The notes under the pieces were generated by a model that was not told the DNA's origin, made no database searches, and saw nothing but the letters and a program-made list of their open reading frames with translations. Shown here piece after piece: positions 1-13,922 of a stretch of 64,000 nt of DNA. Both the position numbers and the translations under genes were made by a program. Each line of letters begins with the position of its first letter. Positions within the stretch are counted from its first letter, which is position 1. Location of the stretch: assembly GCA_963761335.1 (NCBI GenBank), contig CAVXGR010000005.1, forward strand, positions 352,001 through 416,000, in the 5' to 3' direction. Source of the stretch: an uncultured delta proteobacterium (GTDB taxonomy: Bacteria; Desulfobacterota; Binatia; HRBIN30; BPIQ01).

Positions 1-516
1 CACCGCCGACAGCGCGTCGTCGGCGCGATCGGCGATGGCGACGCCGACGAGCCGGTTGCGCAGGTAATAGGTGAGCTCCAGGGTTTCTGCGCAGGTGTCG
101 ACGAGGAACTCCTCGTAGTCGCGCGCGTCGAGGAAATCGTTGCGCACCAGAAGACCGCGCTCCGCCTTGTGGCGGTTGTAGAGAGCCACCTTCTCGTCGG
201 TCACCGTCGGCGCGCCGATGCGCGTCTCCAGCAGAGCCTCGCCGCGCCGGAGGATGCGGCTCTGCGTGCGGCTCGGCTGATAGCGTTCGACGTCGACGCG
301 AATCGCTTCGCAGGCCTGGCAGGAAGTGCAGCTGGGGCGATAGAGGAGCATGCCCTGGCGCCGGTCTCCCTGCCGGAGCCGCTCGCTCAGCTGCCGGCGG
401 TCGAGGCGCCGCGAGGGCAGGCGGAGCGGCAAGTTGACCCTCTGCTCGGGCAGGTAGGCGCAGGCATGGCGGGCGCGATGCACCAGCCACTCTGGGGGAT
501 CGCCAGCGTACGACAC
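1..516 (-). CDS. bpt: Arginyl-tRNA-protein transferase / Asp-Glu leucyltransferase (ATE/Bpt family), 3' end outside window
   Basis: Not in ORF track; manual translation from GTG at 516 gives MSYAGDPPEW...HACAYLP...GDRRQGMLLYRPSCTSCQACEAIR...LVGVAIADRADDALSAV, matching the ATE_N CxYLP and YRPxCxxCxAC motifs and the LSAV(Y) motif. Confidence 0.85.
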   Translation of the reverse strand, partial: MSYAGDPPEWLVHRARHACAYLPEQRVNLPLRLPSRRLDRRQLSERLRQGDRRQGMLLYRPSCTSCQACEAIRVDVERYQPSRTQSRILRRGEALLETRIGAPTVTDEKVALYNRHKAERGLLVRNDFLDARDYEEFLVDTCAETLELTYYLRNRLVGVAIADRADDALSAV

Positions 517-588
517 GCTGACCAGGATAGCACCTGCTCGAATGGCTGCGAAGGGAGTAGCGAGGGCACCTTGGTCCGTGCGGGATCG

Positions 589-627
589 TTCCGCCGGTTC
601 CCGGTCCTCATTCCGTCGTCTTCCATC
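589..627. repeat. Solo arm of the TTCCCGGTTCTCATTCCGTCG inverted-repeat family
   Basis: CCGGTTCCCGGTCCTCATTCCGTCGTCTTCCAT matches the arms at 2783-2947 and 25496-25650. Confidence 0.6.
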
Positions 628-678
628 GGATCACCGTCCGCGGTTGAATTTTCGCGGCGGAGCGCCCACAAGGTGCGA

Positions 679-1617
679 ATGCGCGCCGAGGGCGAGAGAC
701 TGCCGGCTGTGGCTGAGATCGCCAGCCGGACCCTGGCGCTGGTGAACCCGATGGCTCGGGGTGGAAGGGCGGCCGAGGTCTGGCGAGCTCTGCAGGCTGC
801 GGATTCGCGTCTCGCCGAGGTCCGTGTCGTGCAGACCTCTTCGCCGGAGGCGGCGCGCGCGGCGCTCATGCCGCTTCTCGATTCCGGTGCGGATCGCCTG
901 ATCGTGGTCGGCGGCGATGGCAGCGTGCATCACGCCGTCAATCTCCTCATCGAGAGCGGCCGCGCCGCGGAGATCGGTCTCGGCCTGGTTCCGGTGGGCA
1001 CCGGCTCCGATCTGGCGCGCACCCTGGGAATTCCCGCGGATCCGAGCCGGGCCGTCGACCGACTGCTCGCCGCCGCGCCGCGGCCGATCGACGCGATCGA
1101 GCTGACCACGGCCGATGGCCGCCGGCGGTTCGTGGTCAACGTCGCGTCCTCAGGCATCTCTGGCCTGGTCGATGCGGCCGTGCGGGCGTTGCCCAAGGCC
1201 AGCGCCACCGCCTATCTAAAGGCGACACTGGGGGCGTTTTGGCGTTACCGTCCCGTAGCCTGTCGGGTGACTGTCGATGGCGAGCCCTGGTACCAGGGAG
1301 AGATCTTCCTGCTCGCCATGGCCAACGGCCGCTGCTTCGGAAACGGCATGCGCATCGCGCCCGAGGCCGAGCTCGACGACGGGCTCGGGGACATCGTCCT
1401 GGTCCAACCACTGCCGACATGGCAGCTGCCCCTGCGTCTGCCGCAGATCTACCGCGGCACCCATCTCGGCAGTCGCTACGTGCGCTGGCGCCGGGGCCGC
1501 TGCCTGGAGATCGAGCCGCTCGCACCATTGCCACCATTCGATCTCGACGGCGACGTCTTCGAGGCGGATGGCGCCACTCTGACCATGCGTCCGGCGGCTC
1601 TGCGGCTCCTGGCCTGA
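679..1617 (+). CDS. Diacylglycerol/lipid kinase family protein (YegS/DagK-like)
   Basis: VNPMARGG, VGGDGSV, PVGTGSDLAR, NGRCFGNGM and DGD motifs; true start likely 679 or 709, since the longer ORF overlaps bpt. Confidence 0.9.
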   Translation: MRAEGERLPAVAEIASRTLALVNPMARGGRAAEVWRALQAADSRLAEVRVVQTSSPEAARAALMPLLDSGADRLIVVGGDGSVHHAVNLLIESGRAAEIGLGLVPVGTGSDLARTLGIPADPSRAVDRLLAAAPRPIDAIELTTADGRRRFVVNVASSGISGLVDAAVRALPKASATAYLKATLGAFWRYRPVACRVTVDGEPWYQGEIFLLAMANGRCFGNGMRIAPEAELDDGLGDIVLVQPLPTWQLPLRLPQIYRGTHLGSRYVRWRRGRCLEIEPLAPLPPFDLDGDVFEADGATLTMRPAALRLLA

Positions 1618-1822
1618 GGCTGTTTGCGCCGCCGTCGGCCCCGCGGCGCGGCAGCGCGCCGCCGTCCTGCCTTGCGTCCCTGCCGCTGCCCTCGCACTTC
1701 TGCGGGATCTGATGGCAGGTCAAATAAGGGGCAAAGGGAAATCGAGGCGACGGCACGCGCCTTGCTCAACTGCTCACTCATCAAATGCCAGGCAGTGCAG
1801 CAGCGCAGCCCAGGAGGTAATC

Positions 1823-2236
1823 GTGTCGCAGGAAGGCAATAGCGCATTCGCGGAGGTGCTGACGGAGATGGAGTCGAGTGGGTCGGGTGTGGATTTCGAT
1901 TTGCACTCCGGGTCGGTCGCCGGCGGCGAGCCCAGGCGCGGGCAGTTCACCGGCACACGCGCCCTGATGCTGGCGGTGTTCGAGGACGGCATCCGCTGCT
2001 ATCTGAGCTCCAGCAAGGGAGTGGCCCTGGAGGCCGAGTGCTGGGTGCACTCCGACCGCGTGCGTTCACCGTTTGCCTTTCCGGTAATCTGCGAGATGCT
2101 CGGTCTGGATGACGCCGCCGTGCGCGTGGCGCTGCGCCGCATGCGCGAGCGCCAGGTCTCGCCGCGCCAGGCGCTGCCCCGCTCCCGCCCCAACGTCCGT
2201 ATCGCCAACCGCGTGCGCGTCCGCAAGGCCGCCTAG
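1823..2236 (+). CDS. Conserved hypothetical protein
   Basis: GGAGG RBS before GTG at 1823; RALMLAVFEDGIRCY...EAECW...PFAFPVICEMLGLD looks protein-like. Confidence 0.7.
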   Translation: MSQEGNSAFAEVLTEMESSGSGVDFDLHSGSVAGGEPRRGQFTGTRALMLAVFEDGIRCYLSSSKGVALEAECWVHSDRVRSPFAFPVICEMLGLDDAAVRVALRRMRERQVSPRQALPRSRPNVRIANRVRVRKAA

Positions 2237-2700
2237 CGCAGCAGCATGCCCCAGACGATGGTATCGCCGAGGCGTTCGTCGGTGCGCCGCAGGCGCTCGG
2301 CCATCTCCTCGAGGATGGCGACGTAGATGTGATTGGCGGCCGCGGGGTGTGCCTCGGTGAAGCGGTCGAGGGCGCTGCGCGGCATTGCCACCAGAGCGCC
2401 GTCGGTCAGGGCCACCACCCTCGCCGTCGTCGGCCCGCGATCGAACAGGCTGACCTCGCCGAAGGCGCTTCCCGGCTCCAGCCGGCCGAGCAGCACGTCG
2501 TGCTCCTTCACCTGGCGGCGCACGTGTAGGAGCCCCTCCCGCACGATGTACAGTGACGGGTCCGGCTGTCGCCGTCCCTGCGGCAATACCTCGTCGCCGC
2601 GCTTGAACGGATGCGGCTGGCAATGGCGGGCGAAGGCCTCGAGGTCGCTGTCGGCCAGGCCGGCGAAGAACTTGATGCCGCGGAGAAACTTGGGGTCCAT
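2233..2700 (-). CDS. Stand-alone cyclic nucleotide-binding domain protein
   Basis: LYIVREG...PGSAFGEVSLFDRGPTTARVVA cNMP-binding fold; no HTH. Confidence 0.85.
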   Translation of the reverse strand: MDPKFLRGIKFFAGLADSDLEAFARHCQPHPFKRGDEVLPQGRRQPDPSLYIVREGLLHVRRQVKEHDVLLGRLEPGSAFGEVSLFDRGPTTARVVALTDGALVAMPRSALDRFTEAHPAAANHIYVAILEEMAERLRRTDERLGDTIVWGMLLR

Positions 2701-2782
2701 GCGGGGCTCCTTTGCCGCGCGAGCGGTCGGCGCAGGCTAGCAAAGCACATCCGGGAGGGCGAGGCTCCGGCGAGGGACGGCC

Positions 2783-2947
2783 ATTCCCGGTTCCCACATT
2801 CCCGGTTCTCATCCCCGGTTCTCATTCCGTCGTTTTCCATTGTTCTGAAGGGTCAGGCAAAGCCGATCGGCTGCCGGGCTTGCCGTCGCTGTCAGAGCGA
2901 ATGGAAGACGACGGAATGAGAACCGGGAATGAGAACGGAGAATGAAC
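2783..2947. repeat. Long inverted-repeat (REPIN/MITE-like) element
   Basis: CCCGGTTCTCATTCCGTCGTTTTCCATT ... AATGGAAGACGACGGAATGAGAACCGGG; second copy in opposite orientation at 25496-25650. Confidence 0.8.
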
Positions 2948-3007
2948 GGCAATCCTGTCCCCTCCGTCGAGTTCCGGCGGCGGTTGTGTTAGGCGAATAG
3001 CGGCACC

Positions 3008-5059
3008 GTGACCCAGGCCCGCGACCGCTATTCGGAGTTTCTCGACGTTCGGCAGCACGGCTTTGTCCGCGTCGGCGTGGCCGTGCCCGAGTCGCGCGTC
3101 GGAGATCCGGGATTCAACGCCGACGCGCACCTGAAGATGCTCGAGTCGGCGGCGCAGAGCGGCGCCCATTACCTGCTCTTCCCCGAGCTCGGATTGAGCG
3201 GCTATTCCTGCGGCGACCTCTTTTTCCAGGATACCTTGCTGCGGCAGGTGGAGGAGGCACTGCGGCGGGTACTCGAGGGCAGCTCCGCGTGGAATACCAT
3301 CCTCTCCGTCGGCCTGCCGTTGCGCGTCGACGGATTGCTGTTCAACTGCGCGGCGACTCTCTATCGCGGCGAGCTGCTGGCGGTTGCCCCGAAGAGCTAT
3401 CCGCCGAACTACCGGGAGTTCTACGAGCTGCGCTGGTTCCACGCCGCCGCCGAGGGGCGCTCGCGCCAGGTGCGGCTGCTCGGGCGAGAGGTGCCCTTCG
3501 GCACGGACGTCCTGCTGCGCGCCGCGCACCTTCCCGGCTTCGTGCTGCACACCGACGTCTGCGAGGACTTGTGGGTGCCGGTGCCGCCGAGCACGCTGGC
3601 GGCTCTCGCCGGCGCCACCGTTCTCGGCAATCTCTCCGCCTCGAACATCACCGTGGCCAAGTGGGAGTATCGCCAGGATCTGGTGCGCGCTTCCTCGGCG
3701 CGCAACCTGGCGGTGCAGCTCTACAGCGCCGCCGGCTTCGGCGAGTCGACGGCGGATCTCGCCTGGGACGGCCACGGCCTGATCGCCGAGCGCGGCGTGC
3801 TGATCGGCGAGACCGAGCGCTTCGCCCTGCACGGCAGCTCGGTGCTGGTGGACGCCGACCTGCATGCCCTGGCGCAGGATCGCCTGCAGCAGACGTCCTT
3901 CGGTCAGAACGCGCGGTCGCTGCCGCTCGCCGACTTCCGCAGCGTCGATTTCGGCGATGCCGAAGACAGCCGCCCGGCCCGGGTGTTCCACACCCTGCGG
4001 CGGCGGCGCGAGCCGTTTCCCTTCGTTCCCGCCGATCCGGCCCGGCGCGACCAACGCTGCCGCGAGGTCTTTCTCATCCAGGCGAGCTCACTGGCGCGGC
4101 GCCTGGTGGCGCTGCCGGTCGAGGCGCGCCGCACCGTGATCGGCGTTTCCGGCGGCCAGGACTCGACGCATGCGTTGCTGGTGGCGGCGCACGCCATGGA
4201 TCTCCTCGGCCTCGATCGCCAGGGCATCATCGCCGTGACCATGCCGGGTTTCGGCACCACGGAGCGCACTCGCGCCAATGCCCTGCGCCTCATCGACGCC
4301 ATCGGGGCGACGCGCAAGGAGATCCCGATCACGGCGCTGAGCGAGGCGGTGTACGCCGCCATCGGCCATCCGCCGGAGGTCGAGGATTTGACCTTCGAGA
4401 ACGTGCAGGCGTGGATGCGCAAGCTCCTGCTCTTCGCCACCGCCTCGCGGGAGAAGGGCATCGATCTGGGCACCGGCGATCTCTCCGAGATCGCCCTCGG
4501 CTGGTCGACGTACGGCGGCGATCACCTGTCGCACTACGGCGTCAACGCCGGCGTGCCGAAGACGCTGATCACCTATCTGATCCGCTGGGTGGCCGAGGTC
4601 ATCTTCGCGGGCGAGGCGGAGGTGAAAGGCGTCCTCGAGGACATCCTCGACACGCCGATCAGCCCGGAGCTGTTGCGGCCGAGCGCCGAGGGTGCGATCC
4701 GCCAGCGTTCCGAGGACGTGCTCGGGCCGTACGAGCTCAACGACTTCTTCCTCTATCACTTCATTCGCTTCGGCTCCGGACCGCGGCGGATCGCGCGCCT
4801 GTGCCTGCACGCCTTCGGCGACAAGTACCATCTCAACGAGATCCGCCAGCGGCTGATCCTGTTCGTGTCGCGCTTCTTCGCCAGCCAGTTCAAGCGCGAC
4901 TGCATTCCCGACGGTCCGAAGGTGGGCTCGGGTGGCTCGCTCTCCCCGCGCGGCGACTGGCGCATGCCCGCCGACGCCAGCGCCGCGGCCTGGATCGCCG
5001 AGGCCGAGTCGATCCCCGGAGAGCTCGCCGCGCCGCTCCCGCGAAATCAGAAAAAGTGA
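3008..5059 (+). CDS. nadE: Glutamine-dependent NAD+ synthetase
   Basis: Nitrilase domain (FPELGLSGY, PKSYPPNYREFYE, VCEDLW) plus synthase domain (GVSGGQDST, TFENVQA, GTGDLSE, TPISPEL, QFKR). Confidence 0.97.
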   Translation: MTQARDRYSEFLDVRQHGFVRVGVAVPESRVGDPGFNADAHLKMLESAAQSGAHYLLFPELGLSGYSCGDLFFQDTLLRQVEEALRRVLEGSSAWNTILSVGLPLRVDGLLFNCAATLYRGELLAVAPKSYPPNYREFYELRWFHAAAEGRSRQVRLLGREVPFGTDVLLRAAHLPGFVLHTDVCEDLWVPVPPSTLAALAGATVLGNLSASNITVAKWEYRQDLVRASSARNLAVQLYSAAGFGESTADLAWDGHGLIAERGVLIGETERFALHGSSVLVDADLHALAQDRLQQTSFGQNARSLPLADFRSVDFGDAEDSRPARVFHTLRRRREPFPFVPADPARRDQRCREVFLIQASSLARRLVALPVEARRTVIGVSGGQDSTHALLVAAHAMDLLGLDRQGIIAVTMPGFGTTERTRANALRLIDAIGATRKEIPITALSEAVYAAIGHPPEVEDLTFENVQAWMRKLLLFATASREKGIDLGTGDLSEIALGWSTYGGDHLSHYGVNAGVPKTLITYLIRWVAEVIFAGEAEVKGVLEDILDTPISPELLRPSAEGAIRQRSEDVLGPYELNDFFLYHFIRFGSGPRRIARLCLHAFGDKYHLNEIRQRLILFVSRFFASQFKRDCIPDGPKVGSGGSLSPRGDWRMPADASAAAWIAEAESIPGELAAPLPRNQKK

Positions 5060-5139
5060 CTCAGTTCCTCGGTGACTCGGTGGCTCGGTAACCCGGTCAC
5101 TGAGCCACCGAGATACCGAGCCACCGAGTCACCGAGCCG
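5056..5139. repeat. Inverted octamer tandem array (CTCGGTGG / CCACCGAG)
   Basis: GTGACTC...CTCGGTGACTCGGTGGCTCGGT mirrored by ACTGAGCCACCGAGATACCGAGCCACCGAGTCAC, between convergent genes. Confidence 0.8.
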
Positions 5140-6523
5140 CGGCTCGCCGCAGCTCCACGAAGGCCTCCTCGATGTTTGCCTGAAAGCGCTCGACGTCCGG
5201 CATCGAGGTCTCGTCGGAGTTGAGGCCGATGTAGAGGTTCTCGCGATAGCCGTACAAGGCGACGCTGACCGGGCTCTTGATGGCGACGGGGGCGAAGGGG
5301 TGGGCGCTGAGGATTTCGGCGCCGGCGAGGTAGCGGGGTACGAGGATTCCGGGGACGTTGGTGACGATGAAGTCGACGCTGCCGAAGGTCGCCTCCGACA
5401 TCCAGGTCACCAGAGCGCGCGGCAAAACGCTCAGCAGCTCGGCGAGTACCGGCGTGGCCGACGACATCGGATCGGCCTTCTTCGCCTCCATGCGCCGGTG
5501 AATCTCGCGGTAGGTGGGCAGGACACCGCGCATGCGGATGGGCAGGGGAACGAGGATGCCGGTGGCGACGTTGCCGACGTGGGCCTTCTCCGCCCACTGC
5601 TGCGGCGTGCGCAGGTTCACCGGCACCAGCGTCATCAGCTCTTCCACCTCGCGGATGCCGTGGGTGCGGTGCCATTTGCCGATGGCGCGCGCCATGATGG
5701 TGAGGATGACGTCGATCATCGAGCCGCCGAGAGCCTGCTTGATGCGGCGCATGTCGTCGAAGGGCAGATGCATGCCGGTGAAGCGCCGCGTGCGTCCGGC
5801 GCGGCTCTTCAGCGGCGAGCCGCTTTCGAAGGTCACCGACTCGGCGACCGAGCGCAAGGCGGTGAGCGCCGTGCGCAGCTTGGTGGGGTGCTGAATGGTG
5901 TCCCCGACGGCGCCGGCGACCGCCGAGGCGCGCCGCAGGTCGAGCTCGATGCGATCGCGAACCGCCTCCAGCAGACGCTCTCCGAGCGGTCGCGGCTGCG
6001 GCCACGCCTGCTTCATGCCGTGATAATCGCTGCCGTGGCGCGGCTCGACGGGCTCGCGCTCGGCATCGGTCATGGCCGCGAAGACGGCGTTGGCGCCGAC
6101 GCCGTCGGCGACTGCGTGGTGCAGCTTGAAGAACAGCGCCGAGTGGCCGTGTGGCGCCAGGCCGTCGTAGACGCGCACCTCCCAGAGCGGCCGCGAGCGG
6201 TCGAACGGCGTCAGGTAGGCGGGGCCGATCTCGCGGAACAGCTCCGCCATGTCGGCGCGGCCGGGGAGCGCGTGCCGCCGTACGTGGTAGTCGAGGTCGA
6301 AGGTGGCGTCGAGCTCCCAGTGCGGCACGGTCAGCTCGAGTGGCGCATCGGCGACCCGCTGCGCCAAGCGCGGCACCGCCGCCACGGCGTGTTCGAAAGC
6401 GAGTCGCAGCCGGCCTTCCTCCGGAGCTCGGTCGAGCACCAGAAGCATCGCCATCGTCGTCGGCTGCATCGGCGAGTCGAGCCACCAGAACGTCAGGTCT
6501 TCACCGGAGAGTCGGTCGAGCAT
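5129..6523 (-). CDS. Wax ester synthase / diacylglycerol acyltransferase (WS/DGAT)
   Basis: MLDRLSGEDLTF start, FDLDYHVR, DRSRPLWE, catalytic KLHHAVADG, TNVPG. Confidence 0.93.
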   Translation of the reverse strand: MLDRLSGEDLTFWWLDSPMQPTTMAMLLVLDRAPEEGRLRLAFEHAVAAVPRLAQRVADAPLELTVPHWELDATFDLDYHVRRHALPGRADMAELFREIGPAYLTPFDRSRPLWEVRVYDGLAPHGHSALFFKLHHAVADGVGANAVFAAMTDAEREPVEPRHGSDYHGMKQAWPQPRPLGERLLEAVRDRIELDLRRASAVAGAVGDTIQHPTKLRTALTALRSVAESVTFESGSPLKSRAGRTRRFTGMHLPFDDMRRIKQALGGSMIDVILTIMARAIGKWHRTHGIREVEELMTLVPVNLRTPQQWAEKAHVGNVATGILVPLPIRMRGVLPTYREIHRRMEAKKADPMSSATPVLAELLSVLPRALVTWMSEATFGSVDFIVTNVPGILVPRYLAGAEILSAHPFAPVAIKSPVSVALYGYRENLYIGLNSDETSMPDVERFQANIEEAFVELRRAAAR

Positions 6524-6569
6524 GGCCCTACGTCTGCTTCGCCCGGCGGTAGCAGTCAAGGAGAGGTTG

Positions 6570-6778
6570 CTCGGTGGCTCAGTTTCTCGGTGGCTCGGTG
6601 GAGAGAAGACGTGGCCCGGTATCCCGGTGGCTCAGTTTCTCGGTGGCTCGGTATCTCAGTGGCTCAGTTTTCGAGTTGGCCGGTTTGCGAGCTCGCATTG
6701 GGGATCGGCCGTCCGGCTGATTGGAGCTGCCCGAGAAACTGAGCCACTGAGCCACTGAGCCACCGAGCCACGTCTCTC
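6570..6778. repeat. Inverted octamer tandem array (CTCGGTGG/CTCAGTGG / CCACTGAG)
   Basis: Same 8-mer family as 5056-5139, with arms in opposite orientation. Confidence 0.8.
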
Positions 6779-6808
6779 GGTTTAACACAATTGTCGCCTT
6801 ATAAACCC

Positions 6809-6838
6809 TTGACATGAGCCCGGTCTTGCCGTTAGTTT
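6809..6838 (+). promoter_or_regulatory. Candidate sigma70 promoter of the lrp-gltBD operon
   Basis: TTGACA (6809) - 18 nt - TAGTTT (6833) in an AT-rich patch. Confidence 0.5.
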
Positions 6839-6863
6839 CGCGGTCCCTTTGCTAGGAAACCTT

Positions 6864-7409
6864 ATGAAATTAGGGCAACACGACAGCGACCTGGATGCCA
6901 TCGACCTGCAGATCCTTGCTCTGCTGCAGAGCAACTGCAAGTTGCCGTGGGGGAAGATCGGCGAGCAGGTGGGTCTCTCCGCCCCTTCGGTCATCGAACG
7001 GGTGAAGAAGCTCGAAGAGAGCGGCGTCATCTGCGGCTACCAGGCGATCCTCAGCAGCCGTGCCCTGGGAATGGACGTCACCGCCTTCATCGGCGTCCTG
7101 GTGGAGAACCCCGGCTCCATCGAAGCCGTCGAGCAGCGTCTCACGCAGCTGGAGGACGTGCTCGAATGCCACCACGTCACCGGCGGCTACACGCTCCTGC
7201 TCAAGGTGAAGACCTACAACACCGCCTCGCTGGAGGAGGTCATCCGCCAGGTGCGCTCGGTGGACAACGTGGCGCGCACCGAGACCATGGTGGTGCTCTC
7301 CACGCACACGGAGCGGGTGCAGATCCACCTGCCGCAGGGCGGCGCCTCGACCTCGCGCCGCTCGCGGCGGAGCAACGAGAAAGAGCCAATCCAATTGAAG
7401 CGAGCCTGA
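6864..7409 (+). CDS. Lrp/AsnC family transcriptional regulator
   Basis: [13 protein letters not shown]...[34 protein letters not shown] domain. Confidence 0.93.
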   Translation: MKLGQHDSDLDAIDLQILALLQSNCKLPWGKIGEQVGLSAPSVIERVKKLEESGVICGYQAILSSRALGMDVTAFIGVLVENPGSIEAVEQRLTQLEDVLECHHVTGGYTLLLKVKTYNTASLEEVIRQVRSVDNVARTETMVVLSTHTERVQIHLPQGGASTSRRSRRSNEKEPIQLKRA

Positions 7410-7411
7410 CG

Positions 7412-11959
<4,548 letters not shown>

Positions 11960-11965
11960 GAAAAG

Positions 11966-12078
11966 CAGGTTGTTGGGTTGTTCGTTGTTGGTTGTTGGGG
12001 GAAGAGGTCTGGACACCTCCCGGCAGCCGACAACCTCTCTGACCTAACAACCTAACAACTCAACAACCCGACAACCTG
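11966..12078. repeat. Inverted 7-8-mer tandem array (GTTGTTGG / CCTAACAA)
   Basis: CAGGTTGTTGGGTTGTT...CTAACAACCTAACAACTCAACAACCCGACAACCTG between gltB and gltD. Confidence 0.8.
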
Positions 12079-12084
12079 GTCTCT

Positions 12085-13536
12085 ATGGGGAAGATAACTG
12101 GATTTCTGGAAATCGAGCGCGAGATACCGTCGCGGCGGCCGATCGAGGAGCGCCTGCGCGACTGGCGCGAGCTCGAGGGCAAGCATTCCGACGAGGTGCT
12201 GCAGCAGCAGGCGGCGCGCTGCATGGACTGCGGCATTCCCTTCTGCCACAAGGGCTGTCCGCTCGGGAACATCATCCCCGACTGGAACGACCTCATCTAT
12301 CGCGGCCGCTGGCGAGAGGCGATCGACCGCCTGCACTCGACCAACAATTTCCCCGAGTTCACCGGCCGCATCTGTCCGGCGCCCTGCGAGGAGGCCTGCG
12401 TCCTCAACATCAACGACGACGCGGTGACCATCAAGCAGATCGAGAAGCAGATCATCGGTCACGCCCTCAAGCACGGCGGGGTGGCGCCGCACGTGCCGCC
12501 GCGACACACCGGCAAGAAGGTCGCCGTCGTCGGCTCGGGTCCGGCCGGCCTGGCCTGCGCCCAGCAGCTGGCGCGCGCCGGTCATCTGGTGACCGTCTTC
12601 GAGCGCGCCGATCGCATCGGCGGGCTGCTGCGCTACGGCATTCCCGACTTCAAGATGGAGAAGCACCTCATCGACTTCCGCATGAAGCAGATGGAGGCCG
12701 AAGGGGTGACCTTTCGGCCCAGCGTCAACATCGGCATCGACTATCCCAGCGAGCGCCTGCGCAAGGAGTTCGACGCCGTCGTCCTCAGCGGCGGCGCCAC
12801 CAAGCCGCGCGATCTTCCGGTTCCCGGCCGCGAGCTCCGGGGCATCCACTTCGCCATGGAGTTTCTCCCGCAACAGAACAAGCGGGTGGCCGGCGACCAG
12901 GTGCCGGGACAGATCAGCGCCAAGGGCAAGCGCGTCGTCATCCTCGGCGGCGGCGACACCGGCTCCGATTGCCTCGGCACCTCCAACCGTCAGGGCGCCG
13001 CCGGCGTGTCCCAGTTCGAGCTGCTGCCCAAGCCTCCGGAGCAGCGCACCGAGGAGGTGGCGCCGTGGCCGTACTGGCCGATGATCCTGCGCACCTCCAG
13101 CTCGCACGAGGAAGGGGTGAAGCGCGACTGGAGCATCAACACCAAGTCCTTCTCCGGCGACGCCGACGGCAACGTCAAGAAGCTGCACGCCGTGCGCCTG
13201 GAATGGAAGAAGGGCGACAACGGCCGGCCGCAGATGATCGAGATCCCGGGCAGCGAGTTCGAGATCGACTGCGACCTGGTGCTCCTGGCCCTCGGCTTTC
13301 TCGGGCCCGAGCGCGAAGGCCCGGTGGGTGACTTGGGTCTGAAGCTCGACGAGCGCAGCAACGTCGTCGCCGACGCCAACTACATGAGCAGCGTCCCGGG
13401 CGTCTTCGCCTGCGGCGACATGCGCCGCGGCCAGTCGCTGGTCGTCTGGGCAATCTGGGAAGGCCGCGAGTGCGCCCGCGGCGTCGATGCGTTCCTGATG
13501 GGACAAACCGATCTCCCCGCCAGCCCGCTGGGGTGA
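12085..13536 (+). CDS. gltD: Glutamate synthase small subunit
   Basis: [44 protein letters not shown]. Confidence 0.98.
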   Translation: MGKITGFLEIEREIPSRRPIEERLRDWRELEGKHSDEVLQQQAARCMDCGIPFCHKGCPLGNIIPDWNDLIYRGRWREAIDRLHSTNNFPEFTGRICPAPCEEACVLNINDDAVTIKQIEKQIIGHALKHGGVAPHVPPRHTGKKVAVVGSGPAGLACAQQLARAGHLVTVFERADRIGGLLRYGIPDFKMEKHLIDFRMKQMEAEGVTFRPSVNIGIDYPSERLRKEFDAVVLSGGATKPRDLPVPGRELRGIHFAMEFLPQQNKRVAGDQVPGQISAKGKRVVILGGGDTGSDCLGTSNRQGAAGVSQFELLPKPPEQRTEEVAPWPYWPMILRTSSSHEEGVKRDWSINTKSFSGDADGNVKKLHAVRLEWKKGDNGRPQMIEIPGSEFEIDCDLVLLALGFLGPEREGPVGDLGLKLDERSNVVADANYMSSVPGVFACGDMRRGQSLVVWAIWEGRECARGVDAFLMGQTDLPASPLG

Positions 13537-13541
13537 GACGA

Positions 13542-13655
13542 CAGGTTGTTGGGTTGTTGGGTTGTTAGTTGTTAGGTCATTGTTTGTGGACTGCGGAGCG
13601 GATTCGGGTGTTTTGCCCCCCCTAACAACGCAACAACCTAACAACTAACGACCTG
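13542..13655. repeat. Inverted 7-8-mer tandem array (GTTGTTRG / CCTAACAA)
   Basis: Same family as 11966-12078, also bounded by CAGGT...ACCTG. Confidence 0.8.
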
Positions 13656-13665
13656 CTTTCCCGCC

Positions 13666-13851
13666 ATGTCCCTGACCACTGCCCACAAGATCCTCATCGC
13701 CACGGCCATCGTCTTCTTCCTCTTCTACGCCGGGTTCGAGGTGAAGCGCGGCGTGAGCGGAGGCGATGGCTGGGCATATCTGCGCGCCGCCGTCAGCTTG
13801 GCGGTGGCGGTGGGGTTCGCCCGCTACTACCGCACTATCAAGCCGGTGTGA
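13666..13851 (+). CDS. Small two-TM membrane protein
   Basis: 61 aa, two hydrophobic segments, typical codon usage. Confidence 0.65.
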   Translation: MSLTTAHKILIATAIVFFLFYAGFEVKRGVSGGDGWAYLRAAVSLAVAVGFARYYRTIKPV

Positions 13852-13922
13852 GGGCTCCGGCAGGGGCGTGTCCCGACAAGCCCCCCTTGTCGCGAGGGGA
13901 GGCAGCCGATAAATTCACTTCC

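Noticed and set aside
169..678. N-terminal extension of the lipid kinase ORF
   Set aside because: It overlaps bpt on the opposite strand and a repeat arm; kinase motifs begin only after about 730.
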